Source: Acidimicrobiia bacterium (GTDB lineage Bacteria; Actinomycetota; Acidimicrobiia; Spongiisociales; UBA11373). From it: a DNA stretch of 62,106 bases. The stretch spans positions 1 through 62,106 of the forward strand of contig JAWVYO010000002.1 of NCBI GenBank assembly GCA_033722675.1, written 5' to 3'. Below the pieces are notes generated by a model. That model was not told where the DNA came from. It saw only the letters and a program-made list of their open reading frames with translations, and did not search any database. Both the position numbers and the translations under genes were made by a program. This document shows positions 35,805 to 46,179 of the stretch, piece after piece. Each line of letters opens with the position of its first letter. Position 1 is the first letter of the stretch.

Positions 35805-36280
35805 CGACCGCCCTGGTGCCGGGGAGCTTCGACCCGCCGACGAACGGCCACATCGACGTCGTCGAGCGGGCGGCCGGCATCTTCGACCGGGTGGTCGTGG
35901 CGGTCGTCGGCAATCCGTCGAAGAGCCCCCTCTTCACCTCGGACGAGCGCGTCGAGCTGCTGCGGACCACGCTCGGCGACCACGAGAACGTCGAGGTGGC
36001 CGCATTCACGGGACTGCTCGTCGATTTCGCCTCCGAGGTCGGCGCCGACGCGATCGTCAAGGGTTTGCGGGCGATGACGGACTTCGACTACGAGCTGCAG
36101 CTCGCCCAGATGAATCGGCACCTCTCGGGCATCGTGACCATGTTCGTGGCGACGAAGCCGGCGCTCGGGTATCTGTCGTCCTCCCTGGTGAAGGAGGTCC
36201 GCTCCTTCGGCGGCGACATCGACGAGCTCGTGCCGCCCGCCGTGGCCGCCGCGCTCGAGGAGCGGTACGCAGATGACTGA
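35801..36280 (+). CDS. coaD: Phosphopantetheine adenylyltransferase
   Basis: ALVPGSFDPPTNGHIDVVERA...KGLRAMTDFDYELQLAQMN...SSSLVKEV. Confidence 0.95.
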   Translation: MTTALVPGSFDPPTNGHIDVVERAAGIFDRVVVAVVGNPSKSPLFTSDERVELLRTTLGDHENVEVAAFTGLLVDFASEVGADAIVKGLRAMTDFDYELQLAQMNRHLSGIVTMFVATKPALGYLSSSLVKEVRSFGGDIDELVPPAVAAALEERYADD

Positions 36281-36884
36281 CGTGTTCGACGACCACGAGG
36301 GCGTGGACCCCGTCGACATCGACGCCGAGGTCGACGAGGCGATGGAGCAGGCCCTCGAGATCAACGCGCCGGAGGCGGTGCCGGTCCCGACGAGTGTCGG
36401 CGTCCTGCAGGAGCTCGTCGACGAGCTGATCCTCGCCGTCGAGGGGGCGCGGACGGTGCCGCTGTCGAGCAACGTGATGCTCGACCGCGAGGAGCTGCTG
36501 CGGATGCTGTACCACCTGCGCGACGAGCTCCCCGACGAGCTGCGCGCCGCACGTTGGATGATCCGCGAGCGCGAGACCTTCGTGGCACGGACGAACGAAA
36601 AGGCCCGCGACCTGCTCGAGCGAGCCCGCGAACGCTCCGACGAGCTCGTCTCGGAGTCCTACATCGTGAAGGAGGCCGTCGAGGAGGCGAACACCCTGGT
36701 GCGACGCGCCGAGTCGGAGGCCACCCGCATCCGGCTCGAGGCCGAGGACTACTCCGAGCGGGCCTTCGAGGAGACGGAGAGCGTGCTGGCCGACCTCCTC
36801 GCGCAGGTCCGCCAAGCCCGGGCGCAACTCCACCAGGCACGTCCGCGCGACGACGGGCCGGACCCGGGGCTCGCCGGGGTCTGA
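36273..36884 (+). CDS. Acidic coiled-coil hypothetical protein
   Basis: Glu/Arg/Ala-rich helical repeats. The start overlaps the coaD stop. It is located inside the conserved coaD-yceD-rpmF block. No family recognised. Confidence 0.6.
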   Translation: MTDVFDDHEGVDPVDIDAEVDEAMEQALEINAPEAVPVPTSVGVLQELVDELILAVEGARTVPLSSNVMLDREELLRMLYHLRDELPDELRAARWMIRERETFVARTNEKARDLLERARERSDELVSESYIVKEAVEEANTLVRRAESEATRIRLEAEDYSERAFEETESVLADLLAQVRQARAQLHQARPRDDGPDPGLAGV

Positions 36885-36923
36885 GCGCCGGTTCAGTCGG
36901 GGGCAGCCGATACCCTTTCGGAC

Positions 36924-37418
36924 ATGTCCCGCGCGCCCGAGTCGCCGTTCCGTCACGCCGTGCCCGACCTCCTCGCCGAGGCCGGACGGCGTCGCGTCGC
37001 GAGGGTCGGCACGCCCGTGGAGTGGTCGCTCGAGATGTCGCATCCGACCGACCGCCTCGAGGCCGAGCTGGTGCTCGAGGGCGCCAATGGCGGCGTCTTC
37101 GTGCGCGGCACCGCCGAGGTGCCCTACCGCAGCGTCTGCCCTCGCTGCCTCCAGGAGTGGGATCACGATCTCACCGTGCGGGTCGGCGAGCTCGTCGGCG
37201 ACGGCGCGGACTACGACCTCGAGGGCGACGTGATCGACCTCGAGCCGGTGTTGCGAGATGCCGTGCTGGGGGCCCTCCCCGACAGCCCGACGTGCCGGGA
37301 CGACTGCCGCGGACTTTGCGCGGTGTGCGGAGCCGACTTGAATACGGATCCCTGTTCCGGCCACGACGAAGAGTCGAACAGTCCCTTCGCGGTCCTCCGC
37401 GATCTGCTAGAACCCTGA
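36924..37418 (+). CDS. yceD: YceD/DUF177 ribosome-assembly-associated protein
   Basis: CPRCLQEW...CRDDCRGLCAVCGADLN...C cysteine pattern. It lies immediately upstream of rpmF. Confidence 0.85.
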   Translation: MSRAPESPFRHAVPDLLAEAGRRRVARVGTPVEWSLEMSHPTDRLEAELVLEGANGGVFVRGTAEVPYRSVCPRCLQEWDHDLTVRVGELVGDGADYDLEGDVIDLEPVLRDAVLGALPDSPTCRDDCRGLCAVCGADLNTDPCSGHDEESNSPFAVLRDLLEP

Positions 37419-37442
37419 CACCACCTGCAGGAGGAACGCGTC

Positions 37443-37619
37443 ATGGCGGTTCCCAAGAAGAAGATGTCCCGCTCCCGGACCCGGCGGCGGAAGGCGACGT
37501 GGCGTGTGGCGAAGCCGCACACCGTCCCCTGCCCGCAGTGCGACGCCGCCAAGCTCCCGCACCGGGCCTGCCCCGAGTGCGGTACCTACAAGGGCCGGGA
37601 GGTCCTGACCGAGGCGTAG
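37443..37619 (+). CDS. rpmF: 50S ribosomal protein L32
   Basis: MAVPKKKMSRSRTRRRKATWRV...CPQCDAAKLPHRACPECGTYKGREV. 58 aa, read directly from the sequence (below the ORF-track cutoff). Confidence 0.9.
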   Translation: MAVPKKKMSRSRTRRRKATWRVAKPHTVPCPQCDAAKLPHRACPECGTYKGREVLTEA

Positions 37620-37637
37620 CCCGGGTCGTGTCCCGGG
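37620..37637 (+). terminator. Short GC hairpin after rpmF (possible attenuating terminator)
   Basis: CCCGGG-UCGUGU-CCCGGG lies immediately after the rpmF stop. There is no clear U tract. Confidence 0.3.
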
Positions 37638-37720
37638 CTCGCCGGACCCATCGTCCACCGTCCACCGGCGGTGTCGCGCGCCCCGGCCGCGTGCGACCCC
37701 CCGGGGCCTAGGAGGCCGCC

Positions 37721-38701
37721 GTGGCCCGTATCGCCCTCGACGCCATGGGTGGGGACCACGCGCCCACCGAGACCGTGCGCGGGGCGCTCGACGCCGTGGA
37801 GCGTGGCGTCGACGTCGTCCTCGTCGGTGACCGCGTCCTCCTCGAAGAGGTCCTCGATCGCCACGACGCCTCGCTGCCGGTGGTGCACGCCCCCGACGTG
37901 ATCGGCATGTCGGAGGATCCCGCAGCCGCGATTCGCGAGAAGAAGGGCGCCCCGGTCTCGGTGGCCGCGCGGCTCGTCGCCGACGGTGAGGCCGCCGGGT
38001 TCGTCTCGGCCGGTTCGACCGGCGCCGCGATGGCGGCCGCCGCCGTGGTGATCGGGCGGATACGCGGTGTGAAGCGCCCGGCGATCGCCACGATCTTCCC
38101 CGTCGGCACCGGCACGGTCCTGCTGGACGCCGGCGCCAACCTCGAGGTGCGTGCCGAGCATCTGTACCAGTTCGGCCTGATGGGGTCCGTCGTCGCCGAG
38201 ATCTACCTGGACGTGGCGGAGCCCACCGTCGGCCTCCTGAACATCGGCGAGGAGGCGAGCAAGGGCCGGGACCTCGAACGATCCGCCCACGACCTCCTGA
38301 GCGGCTCGCCGATCCGCTTCGCCGGCAACGTCGAGGGCCGTGACGTGGGTCGCGGTGTCGCCGACGTGTTCGTCACCGACGGGTTCACCGGCAACGTGCT
38401 GCTCAAGACCGCCGAGGGCATCGCCCGACTCGTCGGCCGGCTCGTGCTCGAGTCGATCGCCGACGACGACGATCCGGCGGTCCAGGAGGCCGCCCAGGTG
38501 GTGCTGCCGAAGCTGCTGGGCCTGCGGGAGCGGCTGGACCCGGAGGCCTACGGCGGGGCCCACCTCGTGGGTGCCCGCGGCACCGTCGTCATCGCCCACG
38601 GATCGTCGTCGCGGGTGGCGATCGCCAACGCGCTCTCGCTGGCGGCGGAGGGCGCCGACCGGGGGATCGTCGAGCGGATCGAGGCCGTCCTCCGTGGATG
38701 A
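37721..38701 (+). CDS. plsX: Phosphate acyltransferase PlsX
   Basis: ARIALDAMGGDHAP...SAGSTGA...GFTGNVLLKT. TAGGAGG SD upstream of the GTG. Confidence 0.95.
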   Translation: MARIALDAMGGDHAPTETVRGALDAVERGVDVVLVGDRVLLEEVLDRHDASLPVVHAPDVIGMSEDPAAAIREKKGAPVSVAARLVADGEAAGFVSAGSTGAAMAAAAVVIGRIRGVKRPAIATIFPVGTGTVLLDAGANLEVRAEHLYQFGLMGSVVAEIYLDVAEPTVGLLNIGEEASKGRDLERSAHDLLSGSPIRFAGNVEGRDVGRGVADVFVTDGFTGNVLLKTAEGIARLVGRLVLESIADDDDPAVQEAAQVVLPKLLGLRERLDPEAYGGAHLVGARGTVVIAHGSSSRVAIANALSLAAEGADRGIVERIEAVLRG

Positions 38702-39377
38702 GCGCGGCCCCTCGGACCTCGAGGCCGCTCTCGGCCACGTCTTCGCCGACCCGGCGCTCCTCCACCGGGCCCTCGTTCACCGTTCCCACACCGCCGAGCA
38801 TCCCGACGAGGAGTCCAACGAACGCTTCGAGTTCCTCGGGGACGCCGTCCTCGGCCTCGTCGTCGCCGACGCGCTCCTGACGGGATGGGACCTGCCCGAG
38901 GGCCAGATGGCCAAGGTGCGCGCCGCCGTGGTCAACGAGGGATCGCTGGCCGCCGTGGCCGCCTCGATCGGCCTCGGAGGGGCGCTGCTCCTCGGCCGGG
39001 GTGAGGAGGCGACGGGCGGACGTGAGAAGCCCTCCATCCTCGCGGACGCCATGGAGGCGCTGCTGGGGGCGGTGTTCCTCGATGCGGGCCTCGACACCGC
39101 CCGGAGGATCATCCTCGACCACTGGGGGGGCCTCATCGGCGAGCGGGCCGCCGCGCCGGGGAGGCGGGACTACAAGACCCGTCTGCAGGAGGTCCTCGCC
39201 CGCCGCAACATGGTTCCGGAGTACGTCGTCGAGGGCGACGGGCCGGACCACGCCCGCACCTTCGAGGCGGCGGTCGTCGCCGACGGGCGGGTCCTGGGCC
39301 GGGGGAGCGGCACGTCGAAGAAGCGGGCCCAGCAGGCGGCCGCCAGGCAGGCCCTGGGTGCGGTCGACGATGCCTGA
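38694..39377 (+). CDS. rnc: Ribonuclease III
   Basis: NERFEFLGDAVLGLVVADAL signature and a C-terminal dsRBD (GSGTSKKRAQQAAA). The GTG at 38694 overlaps the plsX end. Confidence 0.9.
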   Translation: MDERGPSDLEAALGHVFADPALLHRALVHRSHTAEHPDEESNERFEFLGDAVLGLVVADALLTGWDLPEGQMAKVRAAVVNEGSLAAVAASIGLGGALLLGRGEEATGGREKPSILADAMEALLGAVFLDAGLDTARRIILDHWGGLIGERAAAPGRRDYKTRLQEVLARRNMVPEYVVEGDGPDHARTFEAAVVADGRVLGRGSGTSKKRAQQAAARQALGAVDDA

Positions 39378-40212
39378 ACTGCCCGAGGTCGAGGCCACGC
39401 GGCGCCATCTCCGTCCGGCGATCGAGGGCAATGTGATCGCCGGCTTCGAGGTGCGGCGACCCCGGATGCTTCGCCGTCAGCCCCGTCCGGCCGACGCCGC
39501 CGACCGGGCCGCCGGGCGACGGGTCACCGAGGTGGGCCGCCACGGCAAGTTCCTCATGATCGGCCTCGACGGCGACCTGACCTGGGTCATGCACCTGGGG
39601 ATGTCGGGGCGCGTGGCCCTGGCGTCGGCGGGGGAGGAGGAGGCGGCCCACACGAACGTCGTGGTCCACTTCCGCGACGGTGCCGAGGTGCGCCTCGTCG
39701 ACCCGCGCACCTTCGGGTTCGTGTCGGTGTTGACGCCCGACGAGGTGGCCACCGGCCCCCTGGGGGCGTTGGGGCCCGACGCGCTGACGGCACTCCCGCC
39801 GTGGGAGGATCTCGCCCGGGCGATGGCGGGCCGGGTCGTGCCCATCAAGCCCCTCCTCCTCGATCAGCGGTTCGTGGCCGGGATCGGCAACATCTACGCC
39901 GACGAGATCCTCCACCGCGCCGGCGTCCACCCGGCGAGGCCGGCGGGCGAGCTCGGAGCCGGCGAGGTGCAGCGGCTCCGCGACGCGGTGCTGCCGGTGC
40001 TCGAGGACGGTCTGGCCCACGGCGGGACGAGCCTCGACGACCTCGCCTACCTGCTGCCGGACGGGCGGGCCGGCGAGTACCTGCACCGCCTTCGTGTCTA
40101 CGGTCGCCACGGGCTGGCGTGTCCCGTCTGCGGGACCGGTGTGGAGCGCCTCGTCCTCCGCCAGCGGTCGACCTTCTTCTGCCCGGAATGTCAGCCGGTG
40201 GGCGAGCGATGA
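39370..40212 (+). CDS. mutM: Formamidopyrimidine-DNA glycosylase
   Basis: MPELPEVE N-terminus, H2TH region, and a C-terminal zinc finger CPVCG...CPECQ. Confidence 0.9.
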   Translation: MPELPEVEATRRHLRPAIEGNVIAGFEVRRPRMLRRQPRPADAADRAAGRRVTEVGRHGKFLMIGLDGDLTWVMHLGMSGRVALASAGEEEAAHTNVVVHFRDGAEVRLVDPRTFGFVSVLTPDEVATGPLGALGPDALTALPPWEDLARAMAGRVVPIKPLLLDQRFVAGIGNIYADEILHRAGVHPARPAGELGAGEVQRLRDAVLPVLEDGLAHGGTSLDDLAYLLPDGRAGEYLHRLRVYGRHGLACPVCGTGVERLVLRQRSTFFCPECQPVGER

Positions 40213-40922
40213 AGCGGCTGGCGGCCGTCCTGGCGCTCGCCGTCGTCGCCGCGTGTGGTGGCGCTGCGACCGAGACGACCTCCACGACGCTCGGCGTCTC
40301 CGATCGCCGCCGGCTGATCGCGGCGGACTACGCCGAGTCGGCCGAGCGGGCGCTCCTCGACACCCGCTACGAGGTCCTGGGGCCGACCGGGATCCAGGAG
40401 CTCGTGCTCGACGCCTGCGATCGCCTGGCCTCGTCATCGCCGGACGCCGCCGTCGCCGACGCCCTCGCGTCGCTCGACGTCCCGGCCGGCGAGCCCGTCG
40501 ACGAGGAGATCGCCACCGAGGTGGTGGTGGAGGGGCTGGCGTCGGTCTGTCCCGACGACGTGCTGCGGGCCTCGGGCATCGACCCCGCCGACGCGGAGGC
40601 GGCCGGCGACACCCGGGCGCTGTATCTGGCGGCCGTGGCGCCCTTCGCGGCCGACGCCGGTCTCGACGTCTCCGAGGAGACCCTCGTGCAGGGAGGTGGC
40701 GCGGTCTGCGCCTCGCTCCAGCGGGGGGACGCCCCCGAGGAGGCGATCCTCGCCGGCTTCGACACGGTGTTCGGGATCCAGGCCGACACCCTCGACGAGA
40801 TCACGGCCGGCAGCGACGAGGCCGCCGTCGTCGGGGGCGTCCTCGGGGCGGCGGCCATCTATTTCTGTCCCACCGAAGCGGAGCGGGTGGCCGTGTACCT
40901 CCAGCAAGAGGGATTGGGATGA
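40209..40922 (+). CDS. Lipoprotein, function unknown
   Basis: MKRLAAVLALAVVAACGG signal peptide with lipobox and paired Cys residues. ATGA overlap with fpg. Confidence 0.65.
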   Translation: MKRLAAVLALAVVAACGGAATETTSTTLGVSDRRRLIAADYAESAERALLDTRYEVLGPTGIQELVLDACDRLASSSPDAAVADALASLDVPAGEPVDEEIATEVVVEGLASVCPDDVLRASGIDPADAEAAGDTRALYLAAVAPFAADAGLDVSEETLVQGGGAVCASLQRGDAPEEAILAGFDTVFGIQADTLDEITAGSDEAAVVGGVLGAAAIYFCPTEAERVAVYLQQEGLG

Positions 40923-41191
40923 TCGCCCGCCGGCTGACCATCGGCGGCCGCGTCCAGGGCGTGGGCTTCCGCTGGTCGACACGGACCGAGGCGGATGCCG
41001 TCGGCGTGACCGGCTGGGTCCGCAACCGCCCCGACGGGACCGTCGAGGCGTGGTTCCAGGGGGAGCCCGAGGCCGTCGAGCGGATGGTGGACTGGGCGCA
41101 CCGCGGCCCGGGGTCCGCCCGCGTCCAGGACGTCGAGGTGACGGAGGCCGACCCCGACGACACGCTGTCGGGGTTCGAGATCCGGCGATAG
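40919..41191 (+). CDS. acyP: Acylphosphatase
   Basis: GRVQGVGFRWST...GWVRNRPDGTVEA...G. 90 aa, located upstream of smc as in mycobacteria. Confidence 0.85.
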   Translation: MIARRLTIGGRVQGVGFRWSTRTEADAVGVTGWVRNRPDGTVEAWFQGEPEAVERMVDWAHRGPGSARVQDVEVTEADPDDTLSGFEIRR

Positions 41192-41288
41192 GGGAGCGCC
41201 CGTTCGGGGTCCTGGATCGCTCGGCGGAGAGGGCGGAGGGGTCCGAATCACACGGGCGTAAGTCTCCACTGGTAGCCTGGCCGGAACC

Positions 41289-44200
41289 GTGCATCTGACA
41301 TCGATCTCGCTCGCCGGCTTCAAGTCGTTCGCCGACCGCACGCGGCTGTTGTTCGGGCCGGGCGTGTCGGTGGTGGTCGGACCGAACGGGTCGGGCAAGT
41401 CGAACCTGGTGGACGCCGTGGCCTGGGCGATGGGGACACAGGGGACGAAGGCCCTCCGCACCGACCTCATGGAGGACGTCATCTTCGCCGGGACCGCGTC
41501 CCGGCCCGCCCTGGGGCGCGCCGAGGTGACGCTGACCTTCGACAACGCGGACGGGGCGTTGCCGATGGACATCGCCGAGGTGACCGTGACCCGCCGTCTG
41601 TACCGGGACGGGACCTCGGAGTACGAGATCAACGGCGCGCCCTGCCGGCTCCTCGACGTGTCGGAACTCCTCGCCGACAGCGGCGTGGGGCGTCATCAGC
41701 ACGTGATCGTCGGCCAGGGCCGGGTCGACCAGGTCCTCAACGCCGGCCCCGACGAGCACCGCGCCGTGATCGAGGAGGCCGCCGGCGTCATCAAGCATCG
41801 TCGCCGGCGGGACCGCGCCGTACGACGGCTGGAGGCGACGGCCGTGGACGTGCAGCGGCTGCAGGACCTGCTCGCCGAGCAGCAGCGCCGGATGCGCCCG
41901 CTGCGACGCCAGGCGCGTGCGGCCGAGCGCCATGCCGAGGCGAAGGAGGCGTGGCGGGCGCTGCGGTTGTGGGTCGGCGGCGAGCGCCTGCGGTCGACGC
42001 GGACGCGCCTCGCCGAGCTCGAGGAGGCCGAACGCGTCGGCACCGAACGGTTGTCGGCCGATCGCGAGCAGCTGGAGACGGTGGCCGCCCGTCTCACCGA
42101 GCTCCGCCGAGCCACCGGCGAGGTCGGTCGGGCGCTCGAGGCCGACACGGCCGCCGCCGCCCGGCTGGAGACGGCGGGGGAGCGCCTGCAGCGGATCTCG
42201 CTCGTGGCGCGTGAGCGACGCAGCGCCATCGAGAACCGACTGCGCGGTGCCGGAGAGCGCCGCGAGGACCTGGCGGCCGAACGGGCCGACCTGGTCGCGG
42301 GGATCGCCGCCGCGGAGACCGAGATCGCCGAGGCCCGCCGGCTCGCCGAGCGTCACGAGGAGTCGGTGCGGGCCCTCGAGGACGAGGAACGCTCCCTCGC
42401 GGACCAGGACCGGATGCCCGCCGAGGGCGTGGTGGCCAGCCTGCGGGGCGATCTGGCCGCCCTGGAGGCCGCCGAGCGGCGCGACACGGCCGAGGCCGAG
42501 TCGGTGGAGGCCCGTCGTCGGGTCGTGACCGAGCGTCTCGAGGAGGAGGCGCGGGAGGTCGAGGCCCTGCGCGAGGAGCTCCGGGCGTCCGACGGCAGGC
42601 TCGGTCCGATCCAGCAGGCCTATGCCGCCGTGGCGGAGCGCCGTGCCGCGGTCCAGGAGCAGCTGGAGCGCGCCGAGGCGACGCTCGCCGACGCCCGTAC
42701 GGCGGTCGCCTCCGCCCGAGCGCGCGCCGAAGCGATCGAGTCGGCGCTGCACGACGCCGGGGACCCCGAGGCGCGTCGCCGGGCCGAGGCGTCGCCGGGC
42801 GTGGTCGACGCAGTGGTGGCCCGCCTCGACGTGGCGGAGTCGCTTGCCCGCGCCGCAGACGCCGCCCTGGGACCGTGGAGCACCGCCCTGGCCTCGGCGA
42901 CTCGCGACGGGGTGGCCGAGGCGGTCGCCGATGTGAAGGGTGCCGGACTGGGTGGTGTCGGCGTGGTCGCAGGGGACCCGTCGGTGCGATCGGCGGCGCG
43001 CAAGGTCGCCGCCGACGTGGGCGTCGACGCACTCGTGGATCTGCTCGGCCCCGACGCCGATCAGGCGCTGGCGTGCGTCCTGGTGGGGGACGTCCTCGTC
43101 GTGGAGGGATGGGCCACCGCCTGGGAGATCGTGCGTCGACATCCGGACCTGCGGGCCGTCACCCCCGACGGCGACCTCGTGACCGCCTCGGGCATCGTGA
43201 CCGCGGCGCCGGACGGTGCCGGGCCGGCCGCCCTGGAAGCCGCCGCCGTGGCGGTCGAACAGGCCGAGACGGAGCTCGCCCGGGCGACGAGTCGTCATCA
43301 GACCATCCGGCGCGAGTTCGACGCCGTGCGGGAGGAGGAACGGGCGGCGCTGGAGGCCGTCGAGGGCCTCGAGGCGACCATCGCCGGATCGTCGGAGGCC
43401 CTGCGGCTCGTCGAACGGAGCCGTGCGGAGGCCGAGGCGGAGTTGGCCCGGCTCGAGGATCGTGCCGCGTCGGTCGCCGATGCTCGTCGGGGCCGCACGG
43501 AGCGCCTGACCCTGCTGCGCACCCGCCTGTCGCAGCTCGAGGGCGAGGAGGCGGCTCGCCAGGAGGCGTGGGAGGCCATGGCCGCCCGGCGCGCCGACGT
43601 CGCCGACCAGCGTGAGCGGGCCGCCGCCGATCACCGTCGCGCCTCCGCTGCCCTCGCGGCCGCCGTGGAGCGGCACGGGATGCTCGAGCGGCGTCTCGGC
43701 GAGGTGACGGAGACTCTGGAGCGTCTCGAGGGCGATCCGGTCGATCCGGCGGTCATCGATCGGCTGGCGGCCATCGAGGTCCGGGCTCGCGCCGCCCTCG
43801 ACGCGACGCGGACGCACGTGAGCGCCCTGCGGGAGCGCCAGCGCGTCCTGCGCGAGCGAGCCGGTGAGGCGGGCGAGGAACACGATGCCGCCGAGACCCT
43901 GCGCGACGAGCTCGAGACCCGAGTCTCGGAGACCCGCGAGGCGCTGAGCCGGTACGCGGTCGAGCGGGCGGAGCTCTCGGTGCGCGAGGAGACGGTCGCC
44001 GAGGGCCTCCGGAGGGACGTCGACGCCACGGAGGAGGCGGCCCTCTCGGCGCCGCCTCCCGAAGTGCCCGAAGGGAGCGATCCCGAGGAGCGTCTCGAGG
44101 AGCTGGAGGCGCTCCTGCGCCGGCTCGGGCCGGTGAACCCCCTCGCGGCCGAGGAGTACCGGGAGCTCGAGGAGCGTTCGGCGTTCCTCGAGGGGCAGCT

Positions 44201-44723
44201 CGAGGACCTCGAGACCTCCCGCCGCGAGCTCCGGAAGGTCATCGATGCGCTCGACGAGGAGATCGGGCGGCTGTTCGCCGAGGCCTTCGACGACATCGCT
44301 GCCGCCTTCGCCGACAACTTCGGGCTGCTCTTCCCGGGAGGGACGGGTGCCCTGAGGCTCACCGACCCCGATGACGTCCTCACGTCCGGCGTCGAGATCC
44401 ACGCGCAGCCACTGGGCAAGAAGGTCGGCAAGCTGAGCCTGCTGTCTGGCGGTGAACGGTCGCTGGCGGCCCTGGCGTTCCTGTTCGCCGTGTTCCGGGC
44501 GCGGCCGAGCCCGTTCTACGTGCTGGACGAGGTGGAGGCGGCGCTCGACGACGCCAATCTGCGCCGCTTCCTGCGCCTCGTCGGGACGCTGCGGGACACA
44601 GCGCAGCTCGTCATCGTCACCCATCAGCAGCAGACGATGGAGGGCGCCGACATCCTGTACGGGGTGACGATGGAGCCGGGCGAGTCCTCTAGGGTGCTCG
44701 CCAAACGTCTCAGCACCGTCTGA
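41289..44723 (+). CDS. smc: Chromosome segregation protein SMC
   Basis: GPNGSGKSN Walker A, long coiled coils, a hinge, LSGGERSLAALAFLFA signature and YVLDEVEAALD Walker B. Confidence 0.95.
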   Translation: MHLTSISLAGFKSFADRTRLLFGPGVSVVVGPNGSGKSNLVDAVAWAMGTQGTKALRTDLMEDVIFAGTASRPALGRAEVTLTFDNADGALPMDIAEVTVTRRLYRDGTSEYEINGAPCRLLDVSELLADSGVGRHQHVIVGQGRVDQVLNAGPDEHRAVIEEAAGVIKHRRRRDRAVRRLEATAVDVQRLQDLLAEQQRRMRPLRRQARAAERHAEAKEAWRALRLWVGGERLRSTRTRLAELEEAERVGTERLSADREQLETVAARLTELRRATGEVGRALEADTAAAARLETAGERLQRISLVARERRSAIENRLRGAGERREDLAAERADLVAGIAAAETEIAEARRLAERHEESVRALEDEERSLADQDRMPAEGVVASLRGDLAALEAAERRDTAEAESVEARRRVVTERLEEEAREVEALREELRASDGRLGPIQQAYAAVAERRAAVQEQLERAEATLADARTAVASARARAEAIESALHDAGDPEARRRAEASPGVVDAVVARLDVAESLARAADAALGPWSTALASATRDGVAEAVADVKGAGLGGVGVVAGDPSVRSAARKVAADVGVDALVDLLGPDADQALACVLVGDVLVVEGWATAWEIVRRHPDLRAVTPDGDLVTASGIVTAAPDGAGPAALEAAAVAVEQAETELARATSRHQTIRREFDAVREEERAALEAVEGLEATIAGSSEALRLVERSRAEAEAELARLEDRAASVADARRGRTERLTLLRTRLSQLEGEEAARQEAWEAMAARRADVADQRERAAADHRRASAALAAAVERHGMLERRLGEVTETLERLEGDPVDPAVIDRLAAIEVRARAALDATRTHVSALRERQRVLRERAGEAGEEHDAAETLRDELETRVSETREALSRYAVERAELSVREETVAEGLRRDVDATEEAALSAPPPEVPEGSDPEERLEELEALLRRLGPVNPLAAEEYRELEERSAFLEGQLEDLETSRRELRKVIDALDEEIGRLFAEAFDDIAAAFADNFGLLFPGGTGALRLTDPDDVLTSGVEIHAQPLGKKVGKLSLLSGGERSLAALAFLFAVFRARPSPFYVLDEVEAALDDANLRRFLRLVGTLRDTAQLVIVTHQQQTMEGADILYGVTMEPGESSRVLAKRLSTV

Positions 44724-44734
44724 CCGGAGGACCC

Positions 44735-45745
44735 GTGGACATCGTCATCGCGATCGTCGCCGTCGTGGTCGTGCTCGGTCTCGGAGCGCTCCTGGTGGTC
44801 CGCCGGCGCCGGCCGGTCGCCACCGACGTCGTCCGCGACACGGCGGCGAAGGCCGCCGGAGGCGACCCGCTGGACCGGGGCCTCGCCAAGACCCGGCGGT
44901 CGCTGGGCGACCGTCTCGGCTCCCTCCTCGGACGCGGCATCGACGAGGCGCTGTGGGTCGACCTGGAGGAGGCACTCATCGCCGCGGACGTCGGCGTGAC
45001 CGCGTCGATGGCGGTGGTGCAGCGGGTGCGGGCGCGCGAGCCCGAGGATGCTTCGGCGGCCCGCCGGGCGCTCCGGGAGGAGCTGCTCGCGGTCTTCGGT
45101 GATCGCGAGCGCGAAATCGTGCTGGGGGGTACGCCGGCGGTCGTCCTGGTCGTCGGCGTCAACGGGTCGGGCAAGACGACGACGATCGCCAAGCTCGGCG
45201 CCCGCCTCCAGGCGACGGGGACCCGGGTCGTGCTCGGGGCCGCGGACACCTTCCGGGCCGCCGCCTCGGAGCAGCTGCAGACCTGGGCGGAGCGCCTCGA
45301 CCTCGGCATCGTCGTCGGCCAGGAGGGCGCCGACCCCGCCTCGGTGGCGTTCGATGCCTACCGTTCGGCGACGGCGCGTGGCGCGGGCGCCGTCGTCGTC
45401 GACACCGCCGGACGGCTCCATGCGAAGCAGAACCTGATGGACGAGCTCGGCAAGGTGGGGCGGGTGCTGCGCCGGGAGGCCGGCGACCTCGACGAGGTGC
45501 TCCTGGTGCTCGACGGCACGACCGGGCAGAACGGGATCGCCCAGGCGCGGGCGTTCACCGCGGCGATCGGCGTGACGGGCGTCGTCATCACGAAGCTCGA
45601 CGGGTCCGCCCGCGGCGGCATCGCAGTGGCCGTCGAGGAGGAGCTCGGCATCCCCGTGAAGTTCGTCGGCGTCGGTGAGGGTGTCGACGACCTCGTACCC
45701 TTCGATCCGGAGGACTTCGTCGACGCGCTGGTGGGGGAGCCGTGA
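44735..45745 (+). CDS. ftsY: Signal recognition particle receptor FtsY
   Basis: N-terminal TM anchor plus NG domain (VGVNGSGKTTT, DTAGR, TKLDG). Confidence 0.9.
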   Translation: MDIVIAIVAVVVVLGLGALLVVRRRRPVATDVVRDTAAKAAGGDPLDRGLAKTRRSLGDRLGSLLGRGIDEALWVDLEEALIAADVGVTASMAVVQRVRAREPEDASAARRALREELLAVFGDREREIVLGGTPAVVLVVGVNGSGKTTTIAKLGARLQATGTRVVLGAADTFRAAASEQLQTWAERLDLGIVVGQEGADPASVAFDAYRSATARGAGAVVVDTAGRLHAKQNLMDELGKVGRVLRREAGDLDEVLLVLDGTTGQNGIAQARAFTAAIGVTGVVITKLDGSARGGIAVAVEEELGIPVKFVGVGEGVDDLVPFDPEDFVDALVGEP

Positions 45746-46140
45746 CCGACGTCGATCGCCTCGCCGCGGCCGCCCGCCGGGCCGCCGAGCGCGCCTACGC
45801 CCCGTACTCCCGGTTTCGGGTGGGGGCGGTGGTCGTGGCCGAGGACGGGTCGGAGTTCTCGGGGGCGAACGTCGAGAACAGCGCCTACGGGTCGAGCATC
45901 TGCGCCGAGGCGACGGCGATCGCGACGGCGGCCTCGGCCGGTGTGCGCCGGATGCCCACGATCGCCGTGGCCTGCATCGACGCCACCGACCCGGGGTTCC
46001 CCTGCGGCAACTGTCGCCAGCTGATGCGCGAGTTCGGCGTGGAGCGGGTCGTCGTCGACGGCCCCGACGGCCCCGGCGTCCACCGGTTCGACGAGGACAT
46101 CCTCCCCAACTCCTTCGGACCGGAGTCGCTCGAGAGCTGA
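45742..46140 (+). CDS. cdd: Cytidine deaminase
   Basis: CAEATAI and PCGNCRQ zinc-binding motifs. 132 aa. Confidence 0.9.
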   Translation: MTDVDRLAAAARRAAERAYAPYSRFRVGAVVVAEDGSEFSGANVENSAYGSSICAEATAIATAASAGVRRMPTIAVACIDATDPGFPCGNCRQLMREFGVERVVVDGPDGPGVHRFDEDILPNSFGPESLES

Positions 46141-46179
46141 GCCGTCAAGTCCGGGCACCGGCCCGCCGATACGCGGGGC